64,000 nucleotides of DNA from an uncultured Clostridia bacterium (GCA_944393615.1 CALYAQ010000011.1:16661-80660); one strand, 5' to 3'; counted from the first letter of the stretch, positions 1 to 9,548 are shown. Notes: a model not told the origin generated them from the letters alone. Translations and numbers: made by a program.

Positions 1-336
1 AATATACAATCTGTAAAAGATTGTATACAAAAAGGCACTTGTATGGTCTTTGGTAATGCAACTAACAAACTGACATTAAAACATGCCGGAATTGAAAATG
101 CACTTGGACTTATCATTACATTCCCTGCATCAGCAAGTGATATTAGGGGTATTGTACACGCAGCACATAGTGTAAATCCTAATTTATATATTGCTACTCG
201 TGTTAAATATGCACAAGATATTCCTGCAATTGAAAATTTAGTAAACAAAGTTATTTGTGATGAACTAAATGTTGCCGAAGCATTTGCTCATGGTATGAAA
301 CTCGCAGTTCAAAAAGAAAACGAAAAAAAAGAATAA
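1..336 (+). CDS. 3'-terminal fragment of a cation transporter with an RCK/KTN (TrkA-N-like) NAD-binding domain; the ORF is open to the window edge
   Basis: The reading frame is open from base 1 with no upstream stop. The 'GIENALGLIITFPASASDIRGIVHAAH...IATRV' region looks like an RCK domain. A hairpin plus T-run follows at ~330-357. Confidence 0.4.
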   Translation, partial: NIQSVKDCIQKGTCMVFGNATNKLTLKHAGIENALGLIITFPASASDIRGIVHAAHSVNPNLYIATRVKYAQDIPAIENLVNKVICDELNVAEAFAHGMKLAVQKENEKKE

Positions 337-643
337 ATTCAAATTATTCTTTTTTTGTTTGCTATTCTTCAATGTAATAATTTAATTTTTAAGTTTATGA
401 GTTTTTTAAATAAAGAAAAAATAAAAAAATCTAACAAAAAAAGTATATTCTTCTAGCCTTAGATTTTATGCAAGTAAATTAATGTACACAGCTAAAAAAT
501 ATCTCCCTTTTAAGTTAAGTGTGGCTACTGCTCAAAATCCCAATCGAGATGCAGAATTATTCATGCTTTTCATCAAACACACTTATCTTGAAAAGGGACA
601 AAAATATTTAAGCTCAAATCATAAATTTTAATAATGTTGTTTT

Positions 644-1792
644 TTAAATATTGTATATTATGCTTGCTATTCTTTTGGCTGATTTCTTTAGTGAGGTAAG
701 ATAAGCATATTCATTTATAGAATGTGCAAATTTTCCTTCCACACCTATAGAATCTATACATGGTATCCCTTTTTGAGTTATATATGCAGCATCCGAACCG
801 CCATTACTCTTTACACCTGTTAAAATTGGAAGTCCATTTTCCTCAAAAATCTTGTTTGCCTTTTCTAGCAATTGTATATTTTTTTCTGTTTCATACATTG
901 CAGGTCTAAAAGCTATTTCTTCTACTGTACAATTTGCACCTTCTAACTCTGATTTTTCGGAAATTTCCTTTATTTTTCTTTTTACAAATTCTAATTCATT
1001 ATCACTCGCAAAACGAATATCAACAGTAAATGTACACATATCAGCAACTGTATTTGGTGCTGTTCCACCTGCTATCATTCCACAATTACAAGTTAAACCA
1101 TCAATATCTTTAATTTTTTCAAGTTCAATAATTTTGTGTGAAGCCTCCAATATAGCATTTACTCCTACCGTGCAAGAAGCTGAATGTACTGCCTTACCAG
1201 TTACTGTAAATCTATACCTTAAAATTCCCTTTCTAGTTAAAGTAACATTATTAGGTTTATGGCATTCACAATTTAAAAAGGCAATAGAAGTTTTAGCCTT
1301 ATCACAAATATATTCAATAGTTGCTTTTTTACTTAAAGCACTTCCTTTTTCTTCATCTGTTTGTATTAGTAATCTCACTGGTCTTTTATTAAAACCACAT
1401 TTATCTAAAGCATCCATAGCTAAAACTGCTGCAACTACTCCTCCTTTACAATCCATAACTCCTGGTCCATATATTTTTTCACTATCCTTTTTAACAATAG
1501 GTGTACCAAAAAATCCAACTGGATGCACAGTATCAATATGACCTGAAACACATACAAATTCCATTTGTACATTTGAATTTAAAGTAATACATATAGGGTT
1601 ACCTGCCACCTCTTGTTTAAATACTTCTACATCCCAACCATATTTTCTAGCAAGATTTACAAAGTACTCTCCAACCTTATCTACCCCTTCTTTATATTCA
1701 CTTGGACTTTCTATATTACAAACATCTTCCCATATTCCAACATATTCTTCATATAATTCATCAATTTTATCAAATACTTTTTCACATTTCAT
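644..1792 (-). CDS. M20 family metallopeptidase (ArgE/DapE/CPG2-like)
   Basis: 382 aa with the 'SGHIDTVHP', 'GPGVMDCKGG' and 'QTDEEKGS' metal-binding motifs typical of M20 peptidases. Confidence 0.8.
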   Translation of the reverse strand: MKCEKVFDKIDELYEEYVGIWEDVCNIESPSEYKEGVDKVGEYFVNLARKYGWDVEVFKQEVAGNPICITLNSNVQMEFVCVSGHIDTVHPVGFFGTPIVKKDSEKIYGPGVMDCKGGVVAAVLAMDALDKCGFNKRPVRLLIQTDEEKGSALSKKATIEYICDKAKTSIAFLNCECHKPNNVTLTRKGILRYRFTVTGKAVHSASCTVGVNAILEASHKIIELEKIKDIDGLTCNCGMIAGGTAPNTVADMCTFTVDIRFASDNELEFVKRKIKEISEKSELEGANCTVEEIAFRPAMYETEKNIQLLEKANKIFEENGLPILTGVKSNGGSDAAYITQKGIPCIDSIGVEGKFAHSINEYAYLTSLKKSAKRIASIIYNI

Positions 1793-1811
1793 AAATATTT
1801 TCCACTCCTAT

Positions 1812-1850
1812 TTCACACGAAAAAAGTCAGCTAATTACTGACTTTTAGGT
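1812..1850. terminator. Hairpin (AAAAGTCAGCTAATTACTGACTTTT) with flanking T/A runs; possible bidirectional terminator
   Basis: A 9-bp inverted repeat, followed by a T-run when read on the minus strand. Confidence 0.35.
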
Positions 1851-2221
1851 TTTAACTTTATTTTTTCAATACTAACCTATCTCTATGTATTTTAAGTCTA
1901 ATTTCTTAATATAATTTATCATAATATAAATAAATTTTCAAGGAATTTTCTATATATTTTCTAATGTTTCGTTACAACTCAGTAAGGAAAAGTAAAAAAC
2001 AATAAAATTATCCACTGAACGTATTTAAAATACTGTGGATAGTAATATGTTTGTAAAATAGATTTAATAATAATAAGTTTTACAGTTGCATTAAACAAAA
2101 AAGCCTTCAAGCTAGATTACGTCTAGTTTTTCTTTGTAAATTTTATTCATCTTTTTATTGTTGATTATTTACATTTTGTTTCATGATATAGTAAATACAT
2201 ATAAAAATAAAGTAGTTAAAT

Positions 2222-2790
2222 ATGTGTATTAAAAAAGGCATTAGTAATGGACATACATATCTTGTATTTGCACAAAGTTATAGAATAAATGAAAAAGTTA
2301 AGTATAAAACTATTGAAAAAATTGGATATTTAGATAATTTGGAAAAACACTATGATGACCCTATTGCTCATTTTAAAGAAATTACAAAACAAAAGTTACA
2401 AGAATTTTCGCCTGAATTTACCACTTAAAAATTAAATACCTCTGATAATATTTACTTTCTTGCTGGTAAGAATAAATTTTCTAATTTAGCCAGATATATT
2501 TATGGGCAATCAATTCGAAACGCTGATGAAGAATTTAAAAAATGGGTATTAAATCTTCAAAAATATGCTTACAAACAAAAAAGATATAGGAATTTAATAA
2601 TTAAAAGAGCTAAAGACTTAATTGCTAATCCCACAAAATATAATAAAGTTTACTGCTAGTGGTTCTGCCACCTATATTACTAATATTAAATTTGATAAAA
2701 CAACTGGTGCTATTGCGTTTGCTCGTTTTAACTGTAAAGTTCAAGATGATATACTATATTTGCCAAATTTTCAATATTCTTTTTCTAATT
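2222..2790 (+). pseudogene. Degenerate IS4/IS1634-like transposase remnant: an N-terminal 68-aa ORF plus out-of-frame C-terminal-like segments
   Basis: 'GHTYLVFAQSYRINEKVKYKTIEKIGYLDNL' resembles the IS1634-family transposase N-terminus. Downstream frames read 'ANPTKYNKV..SGSATYITNIKFDKTTGAI', which resembles the transposase C-terminal region. The middle of the gene is missing and stops are present. Confidence 0.35.
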
Positions 2791-2805
2791 TTATGCTTTT
2801 TGTAC

Positions 2806-3951
2806 TTATTTCTTTTTGCCTAAAACAATTTTTTCTTTATATGTCGTACCTTGGCTATCCATGTATTTTATACTTACAGTATCATTTGGACTTTTGGTAT
2901 ATAAATATTTTCTTAACTCTACCATACTATTCAAATTAACATTATCAATACTTAATAATATATCTCCTAATTTAATATTTGAACTGGCTAAAGGACCAAA
3001 TGTATCAATATTAGCTACTAGTATCCCTTCACTTACAGTTGTATTAGCATTGCTATATGATAGCAAAATATTATCATAAGCGAAAACTCCCAAATATGCC
3101 TCTTCAAATTCATCATATTCTTCAAATTGTGTAATTATTGATTTAACCGTATTTATTGGAATTGCAAATCCTATTCCCTCTGCATCTGTAACTTTTATAG
3201 TATTTACTCCTATAACTTCCCCATATTGATTAATTAAGGCTCCACCACTATTTCCTGGATTTATACTGGCATCTGTTTGTATAAGATTTTCCATATATCC
3301 TACCCCTGTACTGTCATTAACCTTTATAGTCCTATTTAAAGCGCTAACTATACCAGATGTAATAGTTCTTTGAAAATCTAATCCTAAAGGATTGCCTATT
3401 GCATAAGCTTTTTCTCCTAATTTCAAATCATCGGAATTTCCTAACTTAGCAACAGATAAGTTAGGTGCATCTATTTTTACAATTGCTAAATCTAGAACCA
3501 TATCAGACCACTTCGTTGTTCCTTTATATACATTACCATCACTTAAAGTTACATATACCATATCATTAGTACTGCCTGCCACATGTTGGTTTGTTAAAAT
3601 ATATCCTTTATTACTTACAATTATTCCACTTCCCATATTTAATGAATTGGTTGCGTTATTCTCTATCAATGAATTAGCATCTAATTTTAATACCGTTATA
3701 CCCACTATCGTTTTTATATTTTGTTCAAATATATTGGTAGCAGTTTCTTCTTCTTGCTCTAAAGTTAGTTCATTATTTGTATTTTGTATATTATTATTTG
3801 TTCTATAACTCACAAGCTGTCCGTTATTTTCTTGATTATCTCCTGTTTTATCTAAATAATATATATATGCTAATAGAAAAATAATTATTGCGATTAAAGT
3901 AATATATATAATTATTTTTAAAGCTGAACCTCTTTTTTCGTATATATACAT
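2806..3951 (-). CDS. htrA: HtrA/DegP-family serine protease (trypsin domain + PDZ, N-terminal membrane anchor)
   Basis: 'LTNQHVAGS', 'GNSGGALIN' and the catalytic triad context are present, followed by a C-terminal PDZ-like region. Confidence 0.9.
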   Translation of the reverse strand: MYIYEKRGSALKIIIYITLIAIIIFLLAYIYYLDKTGDNQENNGQLVSYRTNNNIQNTNNELTLEQEEETATNIFEQNIKTIVGITVLKLDANSLIENNATNSLNMGSGIIVSNKGYILTNQHVAGSTNDMVYVTLSDGNVYKGTTKWSDMVLDLAIVKIDAPNLSVAKLGNSDDLKLGEKAYAIGNPLGLDFQRTITSGIVSALNRTIKVNDSTGVGYMENLIQTDASINPGNSGGALINQYGEVIGVNTIKVTDAEGIGFAIPINTVKSIITQFEEYDEFEEAYLGVFAYDNILLSYSNANTTVSEGILVANIDTFGPLASSNIKLGDILLSIDNVNLNSMVELRKYLYTKSPNDTVSIKYMDSQGTTYKEKIVLGKKK

Positions 3952-4055
3952 TTATCTTATCACCCATATATATTATTAACAAAACTTTTTTATTTAAACA
4001 CAAAAGGACTATAGTAATATAATCCTTTAACAATGCATTGCGTTAATGAAAACGC

Positions 4056-4130
4056 TGGTGACGCATACGAGAATTGAACTCGTGCCTCAGCCTTGAGAGG
4101 GCCACGTCTTAGCCACTTGACTAATGCGCC
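4056..4130 (-). tRNA. tRNA-Glu family; a hand fold gives anticodon CUC
   Basis: The minus-strand sequence GGCGCAUUAGUCAAGUGGCUAAGACGUGGCCCUCUCAAGGCUGAGGCACGAGUUCAAUUCUCGUAUGCGUCACCA folds as a cloverleaf. It has a 7-bp acceptor stem, a GTTCAATT T-loop and an encoded CCA. Its D-arm and overall sequence parallel Bacillus tRNA-Glu. The anticodon loop is CUCUCAA. Confidence 0.7.
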
Positions 4131-4242
4131 ATAATGTATATATATTTTATCATGTAATAAAACATTTTTCAATAGGTACTAGCACTTTTTTTGTTTTAAA
4201 GAATAATATATAGCATAATATTACTTAAAAGGAGGAACAAAT

Positions 4243-4404
4243 ATGTTTAATGGATTTGGAGGAAGTGACACAATCTTATGGTTTGTAATATTATTTTTAC
4301 TACTTTTTTGGAATAACGGTAGATGTTGTGATAACAACTGTTGTTGTCCTGGTAACAATAACAATCATTGTTGCTGTGCGTGCAACAACAATAGAACCGA
4401 TTAA
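4243..4404 (+). CDS. Tiny (53 aa) Cys/Asn-rich membrane protein, YjcZ/'tiny TM' sporulation-type family
   Basis: It has a strong RBS (AAAGGAGGAACAAAT-ATG). Sequence: MFNGFGGSDTILWFVILFLLLFWNNGRCCDNNCCCPGNNNNHCCCACNNNRTD. It was not in the ORF track because it is under the length cutoff. Confidence 0.55.
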   Translation: MFNGFGGSDTILWFVILFLLLFWNNGRCCDNNCCCPGNNNNHCCCACNNNRTD

Positions 4405-4428
4405 CCAAAATTGAAAGGAGGAATTTAC

Positions 4429-4581
4429 ATGTCTGAAAGATGCGGATGCGGATGTGGATGTGGCGGATGCGGTTGCGGATTTGGTGGATGCGAATGGATT
4501 TGGATAATAATCTTAATCATTATCATTTGCTGTTGCTGTGGAAACGGTGGTTTCTTTGGTAACAATAACTGTTGCTGCTAA
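4429..4581 (+). CDS. Tiny (50 aa) Cys/Gly-rich membrane protein, a tandem paralog of the preceding ORF
   Basis: RBS GAAAGGAGGAATTTAC-ATG. Sequence: MSERCGCGCGCGGCGCGFGGCEWIWIIILIIIICCCCGNGGFFGNNNCCC. Confidence 0.55.
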   Translation: MSERCGCGCGCGGCGCGFGGCEWIWIIILIIIICCCCGNGGFFGNNNCCC

Positions 4582-4642
4582 AATCTCAAAATAACATATT
4601 GCGAAAACAAAAATATACAAAGTAAATATCTTTGTATATTTT

Positions 4643-5473
4643 TTATTTTTCTAATTCTTCTGTTATAAATTCACTAACTTGTTCTTCTGTTAAATTTGTA
4701 GATATTTTTCCGTCTACAGCTATTGATATTTTTCCAGTTTCTTCTGATACAACAACAGCTATACAATCCGCCACTTCGCTAATACCAATACAAGCTCTAT
4801 GTCTTGTTCCAAATTCTGACCTTAAATCATTTCTCTTTGTTAATGGTAATATACATGCTCCCGCCTTTATTTTATTTCCTTCTATTATAATTGCGCCGTC
4901 ATGTAATGGTGTATTAGGTTCAAATATATTTGTTATTAACTCTTGAGTTACATTTGCATCTAGCACAACTCCTGTTTGGATATACTCTCCTAACTTTACA
5001 TCTCTTGTAATAACCATTAATGCTCCTATTTTATTTTTTGAAAAATATTCACATGTTTTTGAAATTATACTAACCACGTTTTGACTAGTTGAATTTTCTT
5101 TTTCTAAATTAAATAATCTTGCTATTCTTTTATTTTTACCTATATCTCCAAGAGCTTTTCTAAGTTCTGGTTGGAATACAATCATTATCAATACTACTCC
5201 GTATGTCATAATTGATTTTAGAATAAAATTAAGTATATATAGTTGGCACCAACCACTAATAACTGTTATTAGTATTAGTATTAATATACCCTTTACTAAT
5301 TGTATAGCATTAGTATTTTTAATTAATTCGTATGCTTTTTTAGCTAAATATATAACCAATACAATATCTATACAAAGTAATATTATATGAATAGGATTAC
5401 TTTGCAACCACTGCAAATATGATTCAATATTTCTATAATATATATCATTTATTACCATTTGTAACTTTTCCAT
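4643..5473 (-). CDS. cdaA: Diadenylate cyclase CdaA (DisA_N domain with three N-terminal TM helices)
   Basis: 'DGAIIIEGNKIKAGACILPLT' and 'RHRACIGISEVADCIAVVVSEETG' match the DAC-domain signature. Confidence 0.85.
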   Translation of the reverse strand: MEKLQMVINDIYYRNIESYLQWLQSNPIHIILLCIDIVLVIYLAKKAYELIKNTNAIQLVKGILILILITVISGWCQLYILNFILKSIMTYGVVLIMIVFQPELRKALGDIGKNKRIARLFNLEKENSTSQNVVSIISKTCEYFSKNKIGALMVITRDVKLGEYIQTGVVLDANVTQELITNIFEPNTPLHDGAIIIEGNKIKAGACILPLTKRNDLRSEFGTRHRACIGISEVADCIAVVVSEETGKISIAVDGKISTNLTEEQVSEFITEELEK

Positions 5474-5482
5474 ACTCTACTC

Positions 5483-5590
5483 CTATGCAAAGAAATACAT
5501 AAACATTGTTATAGCTACAGGTATAACAAATACAGCCGCTATAAATATTGCCATTGCTCTTACTAAATACTTTTTTGTACGTTCTGACAT
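5483..5590 (-). CDS. Candidate 35-aa hydrophobic micro-protein upstream of cdaA
   Basis: Minus-strand RBS AAAAGGAGGAACATTAA-ATG. Sequence: MSERTKKYLVRAMAIFIAAVFVIPVAITMFMYFFA. It ends 7 nt before the cdaA start. Confidence 0.3.
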   Translation of the reverse strand: MSERTKKYLVRAMAIFIAAVFVIPVAITMFMYFFA

Positions 5591-5689
5591 TTAATGTTCC
5601 TCCTTTTAATGTTTTTATATAATTATTTTTACATATATTGTTATCAAAATCAAGTTATATTATATCATTTATTTATTTTTTTAGAAAAA

Positions 5690-5722
5690 ATATAGACTAA
5701 CTTCAAAAAAACTAAAGTTAGT
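5690..5722 (-). terminator. Rho-independent terminator downstream of pheT
   Basis: GACTAACTT...AAGTTAGTC 9-bp stem, followed on the minus strand by TATATTTTTTCT. Confidence 0.5.
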
Positions 5723-5732
5723 CCTTACTTTT

Positions 5733-8120
5733 TTATTTTCTTATAACTATACCCTTACTTTCAAAATATTCAATCAACATGTTAATGCAATTATTTATTT
5801 CTTCATTTGTTAAAGTATGTTCATAAGACCCTATTGTAAACTTAATTGTAATGCTTTTTTGTCCTGGTAATTTTTCTTCATTTTCAAAGATATCAACCAA
5901 TCTATATTTTATTATTTCTTTTAAATTACTATTTCTTATATATTCCTCAATATTTGAAAATACTTCTTTTTTATCTACTATTAAACTTAAATCAATATCA
6001 ACTAATGGATATTTCGAAATTTCTTTATATATTGTTTCTTCTTTTTGTATTTTACTAAATTCATCAAGATTTAATTCAATAATAACAGAGTTCATTTTTT
6101 TATCAATCGCATTTTTTATAAGTAAATTTAGTACTGATATATAGCCAATTTGTATATTATTATAACTTATTTGACCACAATTTACAGGGTTTACCCAACT
6201 GTATTTTATTAGGTTAGTGTTTGTAACAACAGGACTTACATTTTTATTTATTATAAATATATTTTTTATAACTTCCTGCGCTTTTATTAATAAATCTTTT
6301 TCAGATAATTTTTTACTTGCTAAAACAATACCCAAACTTTTTGTTTCAATACAATTTTCATTTTTATTTGGATATTCAAACACCTTGCCTATCTCAAAAA
6401 TGTTTACTTCTCCAAATGTTCTAATATTTTTATCTAATGTATTTAATAATGTTGGTATCATACTATGTCTTAAAATATTATTATCAGCATTTAGACTATT
6501 AATTATTTTAATGTTATCAGCAGTTTCTATTTTTAATTCGCTATTTGCTTTTTTATCATACCATATATAACTATGAATTTCAGACATATTATATTTTTGT
6601 GATAATATATCTTTTATTCTATTATCAATCGCCTGCGTTTCTTCTGTTTTAACAATTCTTAAAGGGTCTACAGTTGTTATTGGGTTTATGTTATCATACC
6701 CATAAATACGTGCTATTTCTTCTACCAAGTCAGCTTTTATGCTTATATCTTTTGTAGCTCTATAACTTGGAACAGATACTATCATTTTTTCTTCTTGAAT
6801 ATTAACTTCAAAACCTAAAGATGTTAATATTTTAACTATTTGTTCAGTTGATAAATCTACACCTATCAATCTATTTATATATTCTTTTGTGATTTCTATT
6901 TGTACTTTATCATATTTTTTAGGATAGCAATCTGTAACAGAAGATACCACTTTTATATCATTATCTACTTGTTTTAACAAAAATACATATCTTGCAATTG
7001 CTAATATTGTCATTTCTGGATCTAGTGTTTTTTCATATCTGGCACTCGCTTCCGTTCTTAAACCTATCTTCAAAGCTGTTTTTCTTGTCGTTACAGGGTT
7101 AAAATTTGCCGATTCTAAAAACAGACTATTTGTTGTATCTTTTATTTCGGTATCTTCTCCTCCCATGACCCCAGCAATACAAACAGGTCTATCATTGGTA
7201 CAAATCATTAATGTATCATCTGGTAATTCTCTTTCTATTGAATCTAGTGTCTTAAACTTTTGTGACTTTACAGTTTTTATATTAACACAGTCTACATATT
7301 TTTTATCAAATGCGTGCATTGGTTGCCCTAGTTCTAACATAATATAATTTGTTATATCTGCAAGTAAATTTATTGCTCTCGTTCCACAATAGTATAAACG
7401 TATTCTCATATTTAGGGTTGATACCTTTTTGTTTATATTCTCTATTGCAATAGCTGAATACCTATAACATTTTTCGCTATCTTCAATTTTTACATCTACT
7501 GTTGGTAAACTATTATACTGTTGTAGATTTTCTATTTTTAATGGTTCTAGTGGCCTATTTAGTAAAGCTGCAATTTCCCTTGCAATACCATAATGTCCCC
7601 AAAGGTCTGGCCTATGTGTTAATGATTTATTATCCACTTCAAAAATAATGTCCTCTATATCCATAATTTCCTTTATATCGATACCAATTTGTTCATTTGT
7701 TACTATATTATTTAATATCATTATTCCAGAGTGCTCATCACTTATGCCTAACTCTTTTTCAGATAAACAAACCCCTTGACTTTTTTCTTCTGCAATTATA
7801 CTTGGTTTTACTTCTATTCCATTTACCGTACTTCCAACAGGTGCAAAAGGTATTAATTGTCCAACTTCAACATTAGGTGCACCACATAAGCTTTGTATTA
7901 CTTCATTACCAATATTTACTTGTACTATTTTTAATTTTTCTGATTTAGGATGTTTTTGTATTTCCTTAATTTCTCCTACAACCACACCATTTGTGTTATA
8001 ACCATGTTTTATAACGCCTTCTACTTCTGCAGTTGATAAAGTAAATCTATTTATTAAATTATCTATATCCACATTATCCAAATTAACAAAATCTTTTATC
8101 CAATTTATTGATATATACAT
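5733..8120 (-). CDS. pheT: Phenylalanine--tRNA ligase beta subunit
   Basis: 795 aa. It has the N-terminal tRNA-binding domain, B3/4 and B5 regions and a C-terminal anticodon-binding domain. Confidence 0.95.
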   Translation of the reverse strand: MYISINWIKDFVNLDNVDIDNLINRFTLSTAEVEGVIKHGYNTNGVVVGEIKEIQKHPKSEKLKIVQVNIGNEVIQSLCGAPNVEVGQLIPFAPVGSTVNGIEVKPSIIAEEKSQGVCLSEKELGISDEHSGIMILNNIVTNEQIGIDIKEIMDIEDIIFEVDNKSLTHRPDLWGHYGIAREIAALLNRPLEPLKIENLQQYNSLPTVDVKIEDSEKCYRYSAIAIENINKKVSTLNMRIRLYYCGTRAINLLADITNYIMLELGQPMHAFDKKYVDCVNIKTVKSQKFKTLDSIERELPDDTLMICTNDRPVCIAGVMGGEDTEIKDTTNSLFLESANFNPVTTRKTALKIGLRTEASARYEKTLDPEMTILAIARYVFLLKQVDNDIKVVSSVTDCYPKKYDKVQIEITKEYINRLIGVDLSTEQIVKILTSLGFEVNIQEEKMIVSVPSYRATKDISIKADLVEEIARIYGYDNINPITTVDPLRIVKTEETQAIDNRIKDILSQKYNMSEIHSYIWYDKKANSELKIETADNIKIINSLNADNNILRHSMIPTLLNTLDKNIRTFGEVNIFEIGKVFEYPNKNENCIETKSLGIVLASKKLSEKDLLIKAQEVIKNIFIINKNVSPVVTNTNLIKYSWVNPVNCGQISYNNIQIGYISVLNLLIKNAIDKKMNSVIIELNLDEFSKIQKEETIYKEISKYPLVDIDLSLIVDKKEVFSNIEEYIRNSNLKEIIKYRLVDIFENEEKLPGQKSITIKFTIGSYEHTLTNEEINNCINMLIEYFESKGIVIRK

Positions 8121-8137
8121 CTTTATCCCCCTTACTT

Positions 8138-9166
8138 TTAATTTGTTTTAATTTGCTTTAAAATACGCAAATCTCCAGAATTTAATAACCTTAAATCTGT
8201 TATACCATATTTCATCATTGCAAGTCTTGAAAGTCCTAGACCAAATGCAAATCCCGAATATTCTTCTGAATCAATTCCGCCCATTTCTAACACTTTAGGG
8301 TGTATTAAACCACATGGGCATAATTCTATCCAACCTGAATTCTTACAAACTTTGCAACCTGTTCCACCACAATACATACAACTTATATCTAATTCAAACC
8401 CTGGTTCTACAAAAGGAAAGTACCCAGGTCTTAACCTTACATTTAACTCCTTATCAAATATTTGTGATAACATATTTTTCATAAAAAATATTAAGTTTGC
8501 AACTGAAATATTTTTATCTATCATCATTCCTTCTAATTGAAAGAATGTATTTTCGTGTGATGCGTCTAAATCTTCGTTTCTAAAACATCTACCTGGAAAT
8601 ATTGCTTTTAATGGCGCACCATATTTTTTCATAATTTTGTTTTGTGCTGCTGATGTTTGTGTTTTTAATAATTGTCCATTTTCTAACCAGAATGTATCTT
8701 GCATATCTCTTGCCGGATGATATTTAGGAACATTTACAGCTTCAAAATTATTGTATTCTGTTTCTACCTCAGAGCCTTCTTCTACCGTAAAGCCCATTGA
8801 CTTAAATATTTCTTCTATTTCTCTTTGAACTATTGTTATAGGGTGAAGTGAACCTATCTTTTCATCAACCGGAACAGTAAAGTCAAATTTTTCTGCATTT
8901 TCAAGTTGTTTTAATATATTTTCTTTTTCTATGTCATTTTTCTTTTTTTGTAGTTTTTTTTCTATTTCTTCCCTTATTTCATTTACAACCTTACCTATTA
9001 TAGGTCTTTGTTCTGGCGATAGACCTCCAACTTCTTTTAAAATTAGTGTTAGCTCTCCTTTTTTACCTAAAAAATTCACTTTTACCTCTTCTATTGTTTT
9101 TTCGTCTACAGCATTTTCAATTTGTTTTAAACATCTTTGTTTAATTTCCTCTAACTTTTCTTGCAT
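8138..9166 (-). CDS. pheS: Phenylalanine--tRNA ligase alpha subunit. The start is placed at internal 'MQEKLEEIKQ' with a GGAGG RBS. The ORF-track upstream extension is unlikely.
   Basis: Class II aaRS motifs are present ('FPFVEPGFELD', 'GWIELCPCGLIHP'). The sequence TTTTTTTTAGGAGGTTTTAAA-ATG puts the start at 9166. Confidence 0.93.
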   Translation of the reverse strand: MQEKLEEIKQRCLKQIENAVDEKTIEEVKVNFLGKKGELTLILKEVGGLSPEQRPIIGKVVNEIREEIEKKLQKKKNDIEKENILKQLENAEKFDFTVPVDEKIGSLHPITIVQREIEEIFKSMGFTVEEGSEVETEYNNFEAVNVPKYHPARDMQDTFWLENGQLLKTQTSAAQNKIMKKYGAPLKAIFPGRCFRNEDLDASHENTFFQLEGMMIDKNISVANLIFFMKNMLSQIFDKELNVRLRPGYFPFVEPGFELDISCMYCGGTGCKVCKNSGWIELCPCGLIHPKVLEMGGIDSEEYSGFAFGLGLSRLAMMKYGITDLRLLNSGDLRILKQIKTN

Positions 9167-9169
9167 TTT

Positions 9170-9440
9170 AAAACCTCCTAAAAAAATATAACTATACTTT
9201 GTCTTTAATAGGACGAAGTATAGTTTCGCGGTACCACCTAAATTTATATAACATTTATTTTTAAAAAACACATTATATACACTCTTTACTTTTAACGCAA
9301 GTTAAACGTCATTTTCTACTCTTTTCAAAAATGAATCTCAAAAGTGAAATTTCAACAAAGGCCGTTTTAGTAGGCTCCCAGCTAATAACCTACATTCTCT
9401 AATTTAAAACAGTTACTTTATTTACTTTGCTTTGTCATCG
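9170..9440 (-). ncRNA. T-box riboswitch leader for pheST
   Basis: The minus strand carries the conserved T-box sequence AAATTTAGGTGGTACCGCG (forward 9227-9239 = CGCGGTACCACCT). Immediately downstream is a terminator hairpin ACTATACTTCGTC/GACAAAGTATAGT plus U-run, just before the pheS RBS. A GAAATTTCA element containing a UUC (Phe) codon lies upstream. Confidence 0.65.
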
Positions 9441-9510
9441 ATTTTTATTAAACTATATATATATTATCATAATATTTAAAAAAAATCAACAAATTTTATA
9501 TAAAATATTG

Positions 9511-9545
9511 ACTTATGTTTTTTATTGTGTTATTATATTAAAGCA
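9511..9545 (+). promoter_or_regulatory. Sigma-A-like promoter for tRNA-Leu (TTGACT -35, TATTAT-like -10)
   Basis: TTGACT at 9511-9516, roughly a 17-nt spacer, an AT-rich -10, then the tRNA 5' end at 9549. Confidence 0.4.
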
Positions 9546-9548
9546 CAT

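Noticed and set aside
852-1541. A 229-aa plus-strand ORF.
   Set aside because: It is entirely antisense to the well-supported M20 peptidase gene.
9167-9271. The N-terminal 35-aa extension of pheS in the ORF track (MFFKNKCYINLGG…).
   Set aside because: The extension is encoded by the T-box terminator and leader. The real start is the ATG at 9166, preceded by GGAGG.
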